The notes: generated from the letters alone by a model not told the origin. A DNA stretch of 64,000 nucleotides from Octopus sinensis (GCF_006345805.1 NC_043003.1:72354001-72418000), one strand, 5' to 3'; positions 37,333 through 52,840 are shown, counted from the first letter of the stretch. Numbers and translations are program-made.

Positions 37333-37903
37333 ACACACACGCACACACACACACACGCACGCACGCACGCACACACACACATCAGGACAGAGAGAGAGGG
37401 GAGAAAGAAGAGAGATGGAGAGAGAATTCAATATATAAAAGGAAACAGGTATTTGTAGGTTTACATGTAAACATTAGTTTTTGATAGTAAGCTAAAAGTT
37501 GGTTATGCACACAGAAGTGCGCGCGCTCACACACCCTCACACACACACACACAGATGCACACACTGAGACTGGTTAGCAAGTTTGTTTTCGCAAGTACAT
37601 GGTTTCTGGCAGATTTCCACTGCATCTTGGGGAAGTGTCTTCTCATCTAGCTAATATAACCGACTTGGTGAGTGAATTTGGTGACGGAAGCTGTTTGGAA
37701 GACCGTAGCGTGTGTGTAGGTGGTGGTGGTGCGTGTGTGTTTGTGAGATTGTGTCTTTCCGTTTATATAAATGTCTCGCCAATTGACAGCCGATATTGGT
37801 TTGTTTACGTTTCTAACTTAGTAGTTTCACGAGAAGAGCCAACGGTATAGACATGAGACTCAAAAATAAGTACTACGGTTCCTTTGGCATATATATCGTA
37901 ATT

Positions 37904-38150
37904 TGTTACGTACGATAAATAAGATAACCAGATAATAATAAAGACAATGTAACGAACTAACAACTTTCTTTATGAACCAACAATCAATATTTCTTGTGAA
38001 CTAGACAACCGACACCTTCTGACTCACTGGGAACTGACACGAACTTCAGTCGACCCCGAACTCTGAACCTTCAACTCACTCGGATTGTTACTATTTATAC
38101 TTTACTCGGACCAGTCTATCTTTCGCAAGGGGGCGTCCTAACTCTCATCA
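37904..38150 (-). mobile_element. Probable 3' LTR of the Gypsy element
   Basis: The minus strand runs TG...CA and is preceded by a PPT-like AAAAGCGGAGATA. It lies downstream of the integrase. Confidence 0.5.
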
Positions 38151-38199
38151 TATCTCCGCTTTTGAGATTTTAACTACTGTGAAAAAATGGAATTTCTTA

Positions 38200-40700
38200 T
38201 ATTTAATTTTTTTCCTTTCCAGCACCTCTTTTTGTTTCTCGAATTTTTGGTGCCCGAATTTTAAGGTAGTATTTTTCGTTGCACACAGCACTTTTTCGTT
38301 TCGTAGTACTAAGCACTATTGTTGGCACTCTTTTTTTCTTCTTTGAAAATTTAATATTCTTTCGTTTAGGAGTTAGTTCTTGATATTCAGTCTCTTTTCG
38401 TTTTCTGAAACTAGTTCTAGAGGGTTCAATATCTCTCGGTGCTGGCACTTCAAACATCTCATAGAAGACTTCCATAGGTATTACCCTTCGTTCTTCTGTA
38501 TTTCTCATCTTTAACTTGTTAAGGTGTCTCTTATGTTCCGAATGTTATTCTTTAATTAAATACATCATGTTACCGAATCTTTTGATTACACAGTCATCCT
38601 CCCAACTTTCTTTACCATTTTTATGGTTTTTAAGATGGAATTTATCTCCTACTTCGAAATGTCTTGTAATATTTTTTGTATTTCCTTCACATGTATTTTT
38701 CATCTTTCCCTTATATGTATATTTTCCTGGCAATAATTTATCGAAGATTGATTTTTTTTACACGTGAACATTAACTCTGCTGGTGACTTTTCTGAATTAG
38801 TATTTGGATTTGGCGCTATTCTATATACTCTCAAAAATTTCGTTAGTGCCACGTCATTATCGAGCTTGTTCCTAGTTTTTCGTAAAGCTCTTTTGAACGT
38901 GTCGACAAATCTTTCCATCTGCCCATTTGATCTCGGGTGGTAGGGCAGGGTAAAGATGTGCTTTATGGCATGTATTTTGCATTAATTTCTTAATTCATAT
39001 CCCGTGAATTGTGTCCCATTATCTGAAACTAACGTGTCTGGAACACCGTATCGAGCAAATAACTCGAGTAGGAACTTTATTGTTGTCTTTGCTGTGAGTT
39101 TATTAAATATACATGCCTCTGACCACTTTGTATAACTATCCACAACGATTAGATAGTATGTGCCGTTCACTGGTCTTGCATAGTCGATATGTATCCTGGA
39201 CCATGGGCTCTCAGTCTCCGGTCACAATTGGTATTTTACTGGTGGTCCTTTGGTTGCCAACAAACAGCTTCAACATGATTTCACCAATTTCTCGATGCTC
39301 CAGTCCATAGTTAGCCAATATACAATGCTACTCATTTAAGCTTTCATTCTGGACATTCCCGGGTGCCCACGGTGGAATTGTTGCAATACTTGTTTCTGTT
39401 GTGCACTTCGTACTACTATTCTGTGCGCGTACATTAAGACATCGTCACATAGTGAGAAATTATTTAAATTTGTATTTTTATTATGCTTATTTTTCGATGT
39501 TTCTTTTATTCTTGTAACGTAACTAACTTCTACAGATTTCATTTTTATATCATGCGCTGTCACCGGCAGTTCCTAGATTATATTGTACACAATACTTCTT
39601 ACTTCATTTTCTAACTGCAGCAACGTTCCACGCTCTTGGGAATTAGCTTCGATAAGCAGTCTGCATGACCAGTTTTCTTCGACGGAATATACTGCATCTT
39701 AAAATTGTAGTTCAGCAATATTGTGCCCCAGCGTTGTAGTCGGCCCACTGTATGGCTAGGCAATCCCTTCTTCGATCCAAAAATTGATAGTAATCGCCGA
39801 TGATAGGTTTGTAACAAAGAACTTCTATCATGTAGAAGTATGTGAAATGTTTTACCCCCAAAAATAATCGATAGAGACTCCTCTATCTTACTATACTTTT
39901 TTCTCCGCTGCTATTAGCGAATGTGAAGCATAAATTACTGGCTTCATATTTCCATCCTTATACTTGAGTAGCAAGACTGCTCCTATTCCATACTCCGAAG
40001 CATCAAACGCTACAACAATGTCCATTCTAGGATCGTAATGTGCTAGTGACAAGTCAGAAATTAGTATTTTCTTTATGTCTTCAAATGCGTTTTGGCATTT
40101 TACTGACCAATTCTATTTTATTTTATTTTTAGTAAATCGTTTAATGGTGCTCTCAGTTTAATGTATATTAGGAATGTACTGTTGATAGTAATTTGCTAGG
40201 CCTAGGAAAGCTTGTAATGTTGGTATATTCGTTGGATGAGGCATATTCTTGATTGCGTCCGCCCTCGATAGGTCAAGACGTCTTCCATTCTTATCTATTA
40301 ATTGATTTTAGGCAAAAAATATTCCCATTTCTCTTCACTGAGTGTGAAACCATAGTCCTTAATTTTTTTCACGACCCTCTTCGCATGTTCGATATGCTCA
40401 TTCCGTGATTTGCTTTTGATTAAGACGTCATCAAGGTAAGGAATAGCAAATTGACAGTCTGCCAATATCACGTCCATCACATGTTGAAATATTGAAGGTG
40501 CTACATTCAGTCTATTGTATTTGTATAGACTTCTGTGCATGTTGACCATTAACAGCTTTGAGCAGTTTTTATCTACTTTGATTTGTAGATATGCGTCCGA
40601 CATATCGAATTTTGAAAATATTTTACCTCCGTTTAGTTTTATAAAAATATCTTCTGGGATCGGTATATGTAGTAAGGTATATGGTAAACTTTGACAGTTG
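38200..40700 (-). mobile_element. Ty3/Gypsy (Mag-like) pol pseudogene: RT, RNase H, integrase
   Basis: FSKFDMSDAYLQI, PYLDDVLI, DASEYGIGAVL, RLQRW, HRGHPG, IVVDSYTKW, LVSDNGTQF and PYHPRSNGQMERFV, in RT-RH-IN order. Confidence 0.95.
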
Positions 40701-41866
40701 CTCATTTTGAGCTCTAATATTTTGACAATCTTTATTTTTTGTTAGAAAGCCGACACATCCATTTCTTTATTCTAACTCATTTTGCGCTTTATAAAGTATT
40801 TATAAATCGTTTTTTGCTGTTTTTGTTTAGAGATGGATAAGTCGGAAATTCCTACGGTTTTGAAATATGAGTTCTTTCTTGGAAATACAGCATCACAGAC
40901 AGCTCGGAATATTAATGGAGTATTTCATTGTAATTTTATTGCACAGCAGACAGTATTAAATTGGTTTGTAAAATTTCGTTCTGGTAACTTTGACCTCTCA
41001 AATGAGTAACGCAGTCGACAAGAAACGAAGGTGGATAATGACGAAATGAAATCCACCGTTGAATCAGATCCATTTCAAAGTGTCCGTGAATTATTGTTAT
41101 TGTTTGGTGTTAGCAAGCAAACAATATTGACTCACCTAGTTCAAATCGGTAAGATGAAAAAGTTGAATAGGTGGGTTCCACATAAACTCAATGAAAATCA
41201 GAAACAACTACATTTGGAAGCCTGCTTTATACTACTTTCTCATCACAAAAATGAATCACTTCTGAATTGAATTGTAACATGTGATGAGAAATGGATTCAA
41301 TACAAAAAGCGAAATTCATCAAAAGAAGCTGATGGTGCGTGTTTGTGATCTGGCGCAGGTATGATCCATTATGATTTCATTAAAGCTGGCTCATCAATCA
41401 CGGCTGAAGTATACTGCAGCCAACTGGACCAAATGATGCAGAAACTTACCCAAAAAATAGCCTTAATTAGTCAACAGATCCACTCCTATTTTATTACAAG
41501 ACAACGCCAGGCCACACGTCGCGAAAATTACATTGGCGAAACTACAGGAATTGGAGTTGGAAGTTCTCCATTATCCACAATACTCACCTGATCTTGCCCC
41601 CACTGACTACCACTTCTTCCAGAATTTGGATAACTTTTTGATAGGAAAAAATTTAATTCCGACGATGCTGTAAAAGAGACCTTCCAAGATTTTATTGACT
41701 CTAGATTGGCAGGCTTTTACAATTCCGGGCTGGACAAGCTACCGCTGAAATGGTAAAAGTGTATTGGCAATATAGGTGCATACTTTGAGGAATAAAAATA
41801 TTCCTTGCATTTATAAAACATTAGCTTTTTTTTTCTTTTCTACAAATTTCATACTTGACGACCTAA
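40700..41866 (+). mobile_element. Mariner with disrupted transposase; right TIR retained
   Basis: MDKSEI..LKYEF, WVPHKL, VTCDEKW, QDNARPH and YSPDLAPTDYHFF. Confidence 0.93.
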
Positions 41867-42396
41867 TATTAGGTGGCCATTTACTGCTTAATTTTTATCA
41901 TTTTTACCAATTCCTACAACTACTATCAATTCCAATGTGTATCTTTCGAATTTAATTTCTTATGTTAACTCTCACTGTATCTCTCATCCTTATCTTCCTT
42001 CTCTCTATGATGTAAAGCGTGAGTTCAGAAATCAACCAAAAAAACAAAAAACATTTGTATTACAAGTTCGAAATCTGACGTTATATATCTTGACTTCAAC
42101 AAAACCTTCTACAGAGTTGACCCCGTGGTAAACGACTGCACTGAATTAAATATTTCCTGGTGAACAGAAGGCAACATGTCCGATAGAATAAGTACTATGC
42201 TTAACAAAACAATTAAGTACTGCAGTCGATTCATTCGACTAAAAAATTCTTCATGCGGTACCCCCAGAGTGGCCGCAATCGAATGAAACAAGTAAAAAAC
42301 TAAAAAAAGATAAAAAGAGTAGTTTCAATGTTATTAAAGCATCATTAAGGATCAATTATCTCACCTTTCAACAGTCCGAATTAAGAAGTAATCTTA

Positions 42397-43204
42397 TAAA
42401 GAACCAAAAGGTTCCCGGACTAGATCTGTAGCGCGCCTACAGATGGCATCACACGGTTGCGTGTGGAGTGAGAGCTAGCAGTGACCCTTCAAGAACTGGT
42501 GTGCTGAGTGACATCGCTGTGTTTATTTCGTAAGTTGGGAATTTTTTTGTATGTGTGTGTGTGATCACTTGCATGCTGTAGTCCGCGATTTTGTCATTCG
42601 ACAGGAACAAAGGGCCAATGTGAAATTTTGCGTTAAACTTGGAAAGTCTGCTACTGAGACACTGGGCATGATTCGGCAAGCTTACAGCGACGAAGCAATA
42701 GGGCTTACGCAATGATTCTCGTGGCACGGGCGTTTCAAAAGCGGGAGAATGTCCCTAGAAGACGATGAGCAATCTGGAAGATCTTCCACGAGCCTCACCT
42801 TCGAAAGCGACCGGATCTGTGGAGCGCAAAGAATTGAATTCTTCACGGCGACAATGCACCCTGTCACCAAGCCCTCCTCACTCGTACATTTCTCGCTAAA
42901 ACCAACATGGTATCGCTTCCGCACCCACCTTATCCGCCAGATTTAGCACCTGCGGACTTCGATCTCTTCTCCAAGATGAGAGTGCAGCTGAAAGGTTTCC
43001 ATTTAACATCGTTGTCGAGATCCAGAGCGAATTGCAGAAGGTCCTCGACTCGCTTACGGAAAACGACTTGTAGGCAGGAACGCTGGGACCGGTATATTGC
43101 TGCGCAAAATGACTATTTCGAAGGAGACGATGTCAAAACTTGGGTAAATAAGTTATATTTTATTAAATATAACTAGTCCGGGAACCTTTTGATATCACTT
43201 CGAA
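42397..43204 (+). mobile_element. Internally deleted mariner with TIRs
   Basis: CAAAAGGTTCCCGGACTAG (42405-42423) and CTAGTCCGGGAACCTTTTG (43173-43191). Motifs HGDNAPCH and HPPYPPDLAPADFDLF. Confidence 0.9.
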
Positions 43205-44950
43205 TATCAGAAGTAGCAACATAGCGTAGTTATGGATAAATGTAAATGTGAAAATAGTTTACCAAATCTATAATAAATACATATTTAACCTTTGTGTAAT
43301 AGAAAAAGTTTGTTTTACATATTCGTAAATCGGCATTCCTCTTAAAACTTTGCTTTGTATTCACTGTCCTAAAATCTATCACATACGGCTGAACATGTCC
43401 GTCGAGAGAAAGAGATATACTCTACGGAAGAATGTTTAGGAACCCCACACTCATTACTGAAACTAAAAATCTACTTATTACCAAATATTATGACTAACAG
43501 TGTTTTCCCTTTTTTTAGAAACACTGCAAAAATCGTTCCTGTACAAATATTCTTAATAGTTCGATAGTTCCGATTCGATGCTGAGCCAAGTTAAGACTAT
43601 CAAATGATCTTATCGCATATTTGTACTTAGTTCCGGTTTTTTTTTTATCACCGATTAAACGTTCTGGCGAAGATACCGTTACAGGTATGATGAGGAAAGT
43701 CGGGAGTGATGCACAAAGTCATGGAACAACGTTTTCCATTTTGTAGTTCTATGTTTGTCTATGCAGTGATTATATGGAGTTAACTTACAGTTTGCCATTG
43801 TTGCTATGATGTATCGATCATAATGTTTATGTCATTGTCAACAATATAACTTTCTACAAATGAGACACACACTTTATGGTCAAAGGATTTTCCGATAAAG
43901 ACAGAAATTGCCATAAGAATGAAAATATATCGCAAAGTTTCTTAGCACCTTTAAATTTTCTTATGAGACCATCAACACCAGAATTGGCAATGCTATCAAA
44001 TAGAGATGTTCAAAATAATGATTCTGAATTTGTATCAGGTTCCATGACGCTTCTCTTCAAAATGTGCTTTCCGTTTCCTCATTTGTTTATAGTTTCTTTT
44101 CCAGTTTTTTTTTCTTTAAGTGACATATTTTGATTCTGTTAGCAGTGTATAAAATTGTCATTGCAGTTTCAGCAGATTTTCGATTAAGATTTCAGTTTTA
44201 CCTACATCACTTATCAACAGTGGTAAAACTTTTGCCTAAAACACCATATAGCGCATGGTAATGAGAGCAAGAATGTTGAAGCAGATGGAGTACATGACTA
44301 TTCATCTGAAAGAGGGCATTATTTAAAAGCTCCTGTTACTTTATTTTTCGTCTTAGGTTTCAGTGTTCAATGTTTTTGAATAAGTTTTAGTGTCACACGT
44401 GTGCTAATAAATCATGTCACAGAAGTACAGGAAAATCAGGTTAACATGCGTGTAATTAAATTGATAGAAATAGCCTTTGCCAAAAGATTGCTCATTTAAT
44501 CTAAAGCGTTTCATGTTTTATGACAGCTGAGATACGATTCTGTTCTGTGTTGTCGCTTCTTATGTGTCTGTGTGAAAAAAATACTCGGCCGGTCAACTGC
44601 TAGATCTGTCTGGTGTCAAGCAAAGTGTCCAAATACCCAGTCGCATATTCTAAATAAATAGCTAGAAATTTATCACAGACGTCTACTTTCTGATTGGCTT
44701 AAATAATGCATCTAACAAAATAATGAAACCAATATGTCAACAGTGAAAAAGAATCGCTACAAATGTAATTCTTGGTGAAGATGATTGCATTAATAAAGGT
44801 ATTGCTGTCAGGCCCACAGAAGCATTAAGTTGATTAAGGGATATCTTATAATAAATAAGCATTGCTTTGTACGTGAGAGAGAGAGAGAAAGAGTGTGTGT
44901 GTATGTGTGTGCGAGAGAGCGAGAGAGAGAGAAAGAGAGAGAGAGAAAGA

Positions 44951-44991
<41 letters not shown>

Positions 44992-45177
44992 GACTAACGT
45001 CTTGGTGTGTGGAAAGAGAAAGAGTGGGGGAAAGGAACAGAGTGGAAGAGACAAAGAGTGTGATAATGAAAGCAAATAATTCAAGAGCATGTTGGGGAAA
45101 AGTATTGAAAAAAGATGACAAAGAGGGAATAAGGGAGATAGGTTGTTGGAGAGGTGTAGTAAAACAGTAAGATACAG

Positions 45178-45202
45178 GTAGTAGTAGTATTAGTAGTAGT
45201 AT

Positions 45203-45258
<56 letters not shown>
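45178..45258. repeat. (TAG)n microsatellite
   Basis: Direct reading. Confidence 0.95.
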
Positions 45259-46679
45259 AGATAATTTCTCCCCCTCTATATACATGTATATTACACTAAA
45301 CTGGTAATGAGGAACCTAGCTAACGTTAGTGTATCATAATTTTTTTTTAATAAGATATTGACTAATGACTAATTGACTGATTAATCAGTTGACCCGTTTG
45401 CATCACTACCAGAGAGAAATTATTGTATTATAACTGTATTTTAACTTACAAAATATTAGACCTGAATTATGCTGTGTTTAGTTAGTTACTTGGTCAGTTT
45501 TGTATGAGAAATCCTACTATCTAATCAAAATAGTTTGAAATATTATATATAAGTAACCTGATCAATCATGTGCTCCAAGCAGTCGCTCCTGCCCCTGTCT
45601 CACTCAATAATCGCCCTTATCCCTATCATCTCTGGTTATTATTACAACAACCAGTGTGATAGACAGGCTCCTGTAAGTTACATGAGCTAATATCTTTTAT
45701 AAGATCATTCTTACTAACATTTTCCGCTTATATCATCCAAGTTACAGTCATCTGAAATTATATATTTGGATTTAACTAAATCTTCATTTTGAATATTATT
45801 TAAAATAATCAACATTTGGACTATTCGGAGTGATATTATACGACAACCTCATTCGAGATAATCTCGTCAAGTTTAATGTCATTCTGACTACCATCACTTA
45901 GATTAATATAATTCGGATTAACTTTACTGAGACTAATATACTACAATTAGTTTAACTCCAACCTTGCATGCGTTAAGTTACTAATTTTGTTTATCAATAT
46001 TATTTCGATTTAACAATATTTGCCCTAAATACATTTGTTATGACATATTTAGGTTAGTATTATTTGAACAATGGATGACAAAAGTAAAAGAGTGTTGGAC
46101 AAAGTATTTCGTTAAGTCCTCATATGTTCTGAGTTCAAATCACCCCGAGGATAACTTTGCGCTTCGTTCTTCAGAGGACGATGAAATCACGACTAATCAT
46201 GTATTTGGCATGATCTAGTCTTCTGACAAATGAGTGGGCTTGTGCTTGTGATAAATATCTTTATTGCATTTAGTATCACTTTAATTGAGCTAACTTTATA
46301 TAACTATTCGGTTTAAAGTTTACCATAATATTAACATTGTTTTAGTTAGAGTCAACAGTAATACGTCAATTAAAACATCTTTAGTTCTGGTGCAACAAGT
46401 CTTTAGTCTTTGGTGTGATACATCTTTACTCTAACTACAGATGATATTAACTATATCTTAAAATTTGCTATACACTGCCGTCATCTAAACCAGTTCCCCA
46501 ACCACTGAGCCGTAAATCATTTGGTACCGGACAGTTCACAAAAAATAAATCTTAAAATTTTATTTCTATTTTATTCTCTATCGCAGTCTGCATAATGTGT
46601 TTGTATTATATTTGTAATAGTTAAATGATATATTTAGCACTTTACAAAACGTAGGCTATAAATTGTAGTCCAGCGGAGA

Positions 46680-47795
46680 TGACACCATGCAACAACATGG
46701 CCTACATCGTCAACAAAAACAGAATAAATTCAGTCATCGGCTGCACACTAGTCGCCGGCACTGTACTATTGCTGAGAAACCCCCAAAACATCAGTATTGA
46801 AGTCTGAATATAACGACAATGGAGTTAAAGAGTTTTCTAACTACTTACAGAAAATCATCATCTCCAAAGAAAGATGTCTGCATTGTCTTGAGAGACGAGA
46901 ATGCTAAATTAAAGCAGAGACAGCAGGGTATTTCAGGATTGAAGATATAAACAATAGGGGACTGCAACAAGCTTATCCTAGTCAATACACTGATCCCTCA
47001 TAAAACCTCCCGGAAAATGTCATGTAGGAGACAGTATATGGCCTCCACACCTCCATTTCCATTGGAGGACCGCTGCTGTTTCCTGATATCGGCCTAATAA
47101 GAGGCAGCAAAACCGAACTCCAGGAACTCACCATCAGATTAGAAACAGCATCAAAAGTGTATGTAATGGAGGTCAGATTGGAAAAGTACAAGATTCTGAT
47201 CAATAACCACAACCAGAACACACCAGCAAACATTAATGCTGAACGGAAAATTTTTAATATCTCGAATCTACTTTGAGCAAGGCTGGCAGCTCATTAAAAG
47301 AATTGAAAGCTCGGCCTGGCATAGTATCATCTGCAATGACAAAACTGAATGTCATATGGAGAAGCAAATCCAACAGTTTCCCAACGAAACTTAAACTGTT
47401 TTAGTCCCTAGTGACTCCGATCTTCCTGTAAAGATATTAAAACAGAACACTCATAGCAGACACCGAATTTAGAAACAAGGTATTCAAGTATAAGTGTATA
47501 AGTGCTTCAGAAAACCGATACGCATCTCGTGCAAAGAACACAAGACAAAGTGTCATTTCCAGTAGCAGGTCGTTAAATATGCTAGCTGATGAAAACAGTG
47601 ATGTGTCGGAATTCAATTTATTTGGGCACATGTCATGGCAAGATTCCCTGACCAAAACCCATGCTCCTAATCACAGTTATAAGAAAACGAAGCAGAAAAT
47701 CCTAGTCTGACAACATCAACGTCTGGGCAGGTTTCAACACGATAGCAGATTTCCGAGTGACAAAAGTTTAGGAACCAGTGATGATTACTCGACTA
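46680..47795 (+). mobile_element. Old RTE-like LINE remnant (APE and RT C-terminal pieces)
   Basis: ELKARPGIVSSAMTKLNVIWRSK...TKLKLF and FGHMS remnants, with many indels. Confidence 0.65.
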
Positions 47796-47854
47796 AAGAG
47801 TATCTGGAAAGGAGCATCTTGAGGATTGATGTTTCAGTAGTGTGAAGAAGATGG

Positions 47855-47883
47855 TGATGATCGTCATCATTATAATAATAGGG

Positions 47884-47969
<86 letters not shown>

Positions 47970-47970
47970 T
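47855..47970. repeat. (ATC)n(AAT)n compound microsatellite
   Basis: Direct reading. Confidence 0.95.
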
Positions 47971-48589
47971 TCAGGCCGGTAGAACATGCATAGATTTTAG
48001 CGCTACCGTTCTTAAAGCTTTAAACAATGATGGAGCTTGTTAGAAATAGCTGCCAAATCGCTCATAAATCATACCCTAAGATTTTAATGTAATCTTAGGT
48101 AGATTATATATAAATAAAGGAGAAACTGTCAGAGCTGTGACGCTTTTTATCATAATTCTACCGGATCACATCTGATCTAGAACCAAGCAATAACTACCGT
48201 AAATGATATGCACCACACACGGTTGCTAGTTTTTGCTTTTATAGTTTTCTGTTGAAAATGGAGTATCTTGATCCCCAAAGCAGAAAGTGTCGAAAGCAAG
48301 ATACGAAAGCAATCTTGCCTGATTGCTAACCTCCTATCCAAGCATTGTTCATCGTTTCCAACAAAGTGACGGATAACGTAACATTCCCACATTTGACCCC
48401 GAGGGAATTAAAAACCTTAAGTGGAATGTAAGTACTTCAACCGGGAATCGAAATTAAGGAGGACAGATTCATTTTTAACAGCTTTATACCAACACAACAG
48501 CGCTTGTCAGCATCAGCCTCTGTACTGTCATCACCATCACTGCCACCCACCACATCCACCACCACCTCTACCATAATTAACATCACCAC

Positions 48590-48932
48590 TATTGAGACCT
48601 CCTTTGGTCATGCCTGATCGTGGGATTGCACCTAGAAAGTTATCCCCCACCCACAAGGCACAAGTCCAGGCAAGGTTATTTATGGAAGACCAGCAGCCGC
48701 CCATGCATACCGGCCTCCCCTCTCCACGCCACCAATGTTATCCAAGGGAAAGGCAAAGGCCGATACAGCTTGGCACCTGTGACGTCGCAACTCATTTCTA
48801 CAGCTGAGTGAACTGGAGCAACGTGAAATAAAGTGTCATGCTCAAGAAGACAACACGCAGCCCGGTCCGGGATTCGAACGCACAACCTCACGATCGTTAG
48901 CTCGACGCTCTAACCACTGAGCCATGCGCCTT
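48590..48932 (-). mobile_element. tRNA-derived SINE, family D
   Basis: The minus-strand head GGCGCATGGCTCAGTGGTTAGAGCG...GTTCGAATCCC has clear A and B boxes. The core is shared with 58205-58520. Confidence 0.85.
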
Positions 48933-49523
48933 CACTACTACAACTATAACTACCAACAACAAAGACGATAACGCTACCACCATCACCGCTATCATCACCA
49001 CAACCATCACTATCACTACCACCATTTCCATCTATACCACCACCACCACCACCAGCATCACTTCCACTACTGCAATCACTACCATCGCACCATTACTACC
49101 GACGCACCATTACTACCGACGCACCACCACCCAACCTCCACAGCACCATCACGACCACCAACACCGCAACTACCATTAACTCCACTACTAATGTCGCCCA
49201 CCCCCCACATCATCTCTACCATCATCACTAAAGCTACCACCGACAACACCATCACCACAAAGCATTCACCAAATCATAACAGAATTTGACAATTGTTTGT
49301 GAAGTTTTGGGGTATCCCTGTTTATGATGTGTAAGCTCCATTGATGTGACACGGAGTGCTGAGATGGAGATTGGGGCATAACTGTTGGGGAAGTGACGCA
49401 GCTGAGAAACGAAACCGTCTTTCATTTGATACAGTTCACAGTCACCATAGCTTTTATTCATCACTAACGAAACATTATTACCCCACACCCACTCGATATA
49501 TATGTTTGTGTGTGTGTGTGTAC

Positions 49524-49565
<42 letters not shown>

Positions 49566-49803
49566 CACACACATACACATATATATATACATACATATCA
49601 ATGTGTATGTATCAGCGTATGTATGTATATATACAGAGAGTTCTAGTTATGCAAAAATTGTAAAGAATAGTAAAAATATATCTTATGTTGGACAAACATC
49701 TGATGTACAACTCAAACAGTGTGTAGAATGCATTCATGTGCTTATTACGTCGAAAGTTGACAGTCTGTTCAGTCTCTGCACATAATCTATGTGTACATAT
49801 ATG

Positions 49804-49854
<51 letters not shown>

Positions 49855-49865
49855 TATAGATATTT

Positions 49866-50332
49866 AGGCGCAGCGTGACTGTGTGGTAAGAAGCTTGCTT
49901 CACAATCACATGGTTCCGGGTTCAATTCCATTACGTGGCGCCTTGGGTAAGTGTCTTATACTATACCTCAGGCTGACCAAAAGCCTTGTGAGTGGATTTG
50001 GTAGGTGGAAACTGAAAAGAAGCCCGTCGTATATACATATATATATATGTGTGTGTGTATGTGTGTGTGTGTGTGAGTGTGTGAGCGTGTGTGTGTTTAT
50101 GTGTGTATCTCTCTGTGTGTTTGTCCATCCCCACCATCGCTTGACCATCGATATTGGTATGTTTACACCTCCGTATCTTAGCGGCTCGGCAAAAGAGAGC
50201 GATATAATAAGTACCGGGTTTATAAAGAATAAGTCCTGGGGTTGTTTTCTTTGACTAAAAAGCGGTGCTCCAGCATGACCGCAGTCAAATGACTGAATCA
50301 AACAAAAGAGTAAAAGAAGGAATAAAGACTAC

Positions 50333-50411
<79 letters not shown>

Positions 50412-50812
50412 CGTAGGAGTGGCTGTGTGGTAAGTAGCTTGCTTACCAACCACATGGTTCGGGTTCAGTCCCACTGCGTGGCATCTTGGGCAAGTGTCTT
50501 CTACTATAGCCTCGGGCCGATCAAAGCCTTGTGAGTGGATTTGGTAGACGGAAACTGAAAGAAGCCTGTCGTATATATGTATATATATATATGTGTGTGT
50601 GTCTGTGTTTGTCCCCCCCCCAACATCGCTTGACAACCGATGCTAGTGTGTTTGCATCCCTGTAACTTAGCGGTTCGGCAAAAGAGATCGAAAGAATAAG
50701 TACTAGGCTTACAAAGAATAATCCCTGGGGTCGATTTGCTCGACTAAAGGCGCTGCTCCAGCATGGCCGCAGTGAAATTATGAAACAAGTATCAGAATAA
50801 AAGAATAAAGGA
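49866..50812 (+). mobile_element. Two head-to-tail SINE family A copies (49866-50325, 50410-50812) separated by (TA)n
   Basis: Both match 6548-6963. Confidence 0.92.
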
Positions 50813-50980
50813 ATATATATATATACATACATCCACATATATACATATATACGTACATGAGTACAGACAGACAGTCGGACAGACAGATTGATAGCTAGAC
50901 GTAGCTATTTCGATTTATAGGTATATGTATATGCATAGAAACACATTCATATATACTCACACATACACTCAGTTATTCAC

Positions 50981-51020
<40 letters not shown>

Positions 51021-51134
51021 TCTGACACGCAGAACAATGTAAAGATTTTTGGCACGAATGGGCGTAATTGAACGTTAAAACATTAGATGATGTAGTACTC
51101 AATACATTATGTAAAGGATTAATGATAGTTAGGG

Positions 51135-51179
51135 AAGTAGATAGATAGATAGATAGAAGATAGAGAGAGAGAGAGAGAG

Positions 51180-51258
<79 letters not shown>

Positions 51259-51299
51259 CAAACAGACAGAGAGACAGACAGATAGACAGACAGACAGAC

Positions 51300-51392
<93 letters not shown>

Positions 51393-51395
51393 TAT
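51135..51395. repeat. (GATA)n/(GACA)n microsatellite; a similar (CTAT)n/(CTAG)n/(GATC)n array lies at 53950-54150
   Basis: Direct reading. Confidence 0.95.
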
Positions 51396-52798
51396 AAACA
51401 GAGACTGACAGGGAGTTAGAAAGCAGACAGACAGACAGACGTACAGGTAGACAGGAAACGAGTGAATGGTGTTTGTAAACAAAAGCACAAGACAAACTAA
51501 GAAACAGATACATCAATAATAAAAGAACCCAACACCACAACTAATACCACATGCCACAAAGATAATTTCTGCCATGCAACAAAAATGTCACAACACAATA
51601 ATACAGCAAACATACCTTCATACAACATACAAAACAATAACAATTGCAAAACAATAACAATTGCAAAAACAATAACAAGCAACAAGTACACCGTCATAGA
51701 GTCTTTCAGAGGTTCGACACATTCACCAAATACTGTTACACAACTACCTCACAACTACCCAACAATTAACTCACGAGATACCATCAAGGAAATACCAGCG
51801 AACAACGATCCGGAACACACGCACTACACAACAGGTTATATAACGTAACAATCAACAGGTTACCTACAAAGCTATCACATAATGTCATATAACAAACTAA
51901 CCAACAACACGACATCATAAACACCACACAACTCACGTGCAATGTATAGAGGCATAGCCCAACACTCCAACATATTTTACAACCACCACACAACGTAATA
52001 CAGTATACAAACCATGCAACACAAATTCCACCGCTTTCCTACAAATGCACAACACACACACACACACACTTGCGCATACATACTCAAACATATACACAAA
52101 CACACACACACACAGCATAACTATAACGATTACACTGAACTAGCATCACACACAGAAGTACTATGAGTAAACACACAACACGGCACCGCCAGAAGTACTC
52201 TAAAAAGTACAGAGCACAGCTCACCTATACAGGCATACAGACGTACACAAAACAAGTACACAACACTTCAAAAGCAAGCGTAAACATGTAAAAAAAAACA
52301 TGTACAATAACAATCATACACTACGACATATACATACATGTAGAATAATATATACACACACGTATATCTTTACAACGAAACTCAAACTAACAAGCAGATA
52401 CTACCTAAACACTAACACATGCTACAAACTGTGACAAACATGCATACACTTAAAAAAATAGACGCATACCCATACACACACACACACAGAGATATACATA
52501 CAAACTACAGAGTAAGCTGAGTAAAAAAGAAAAAACAGCGAATTGTCACCTACCGTCAAAGTTATAAAGTCGTGTGGTGCGTGTTAACGGTGGCGGACGA
52601 CTTGCCGTCACTGACTGAGGCGCATTTCTCGTCAACAGAAGCAGAAATATCAAAGCAGAAGCAAGTTCACAGAACTTAACCAATGAATTTATCATCTTCC
52701 CAACCACAAAAAAAATGGACGGCTCCAGAATGAAAAAAGAAAACAAAAAAAAAAAAAAAGAAAATGAGAAAGGTTGGGGGTGTGTGGGTATGAACGTA

Positions 52799-52840
<42 letters not shown>

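Noticed and set aside
43540-44400. Possible decayed transposase
   Set aside because: No diagnostic motif could be read in any frame.
48860-48932. tRNA-like sequence with A and B boxes
   Set aside because: It continues into a SINE body without a proper acceptor stem, so it is a SINE head and not a tRNA gene.
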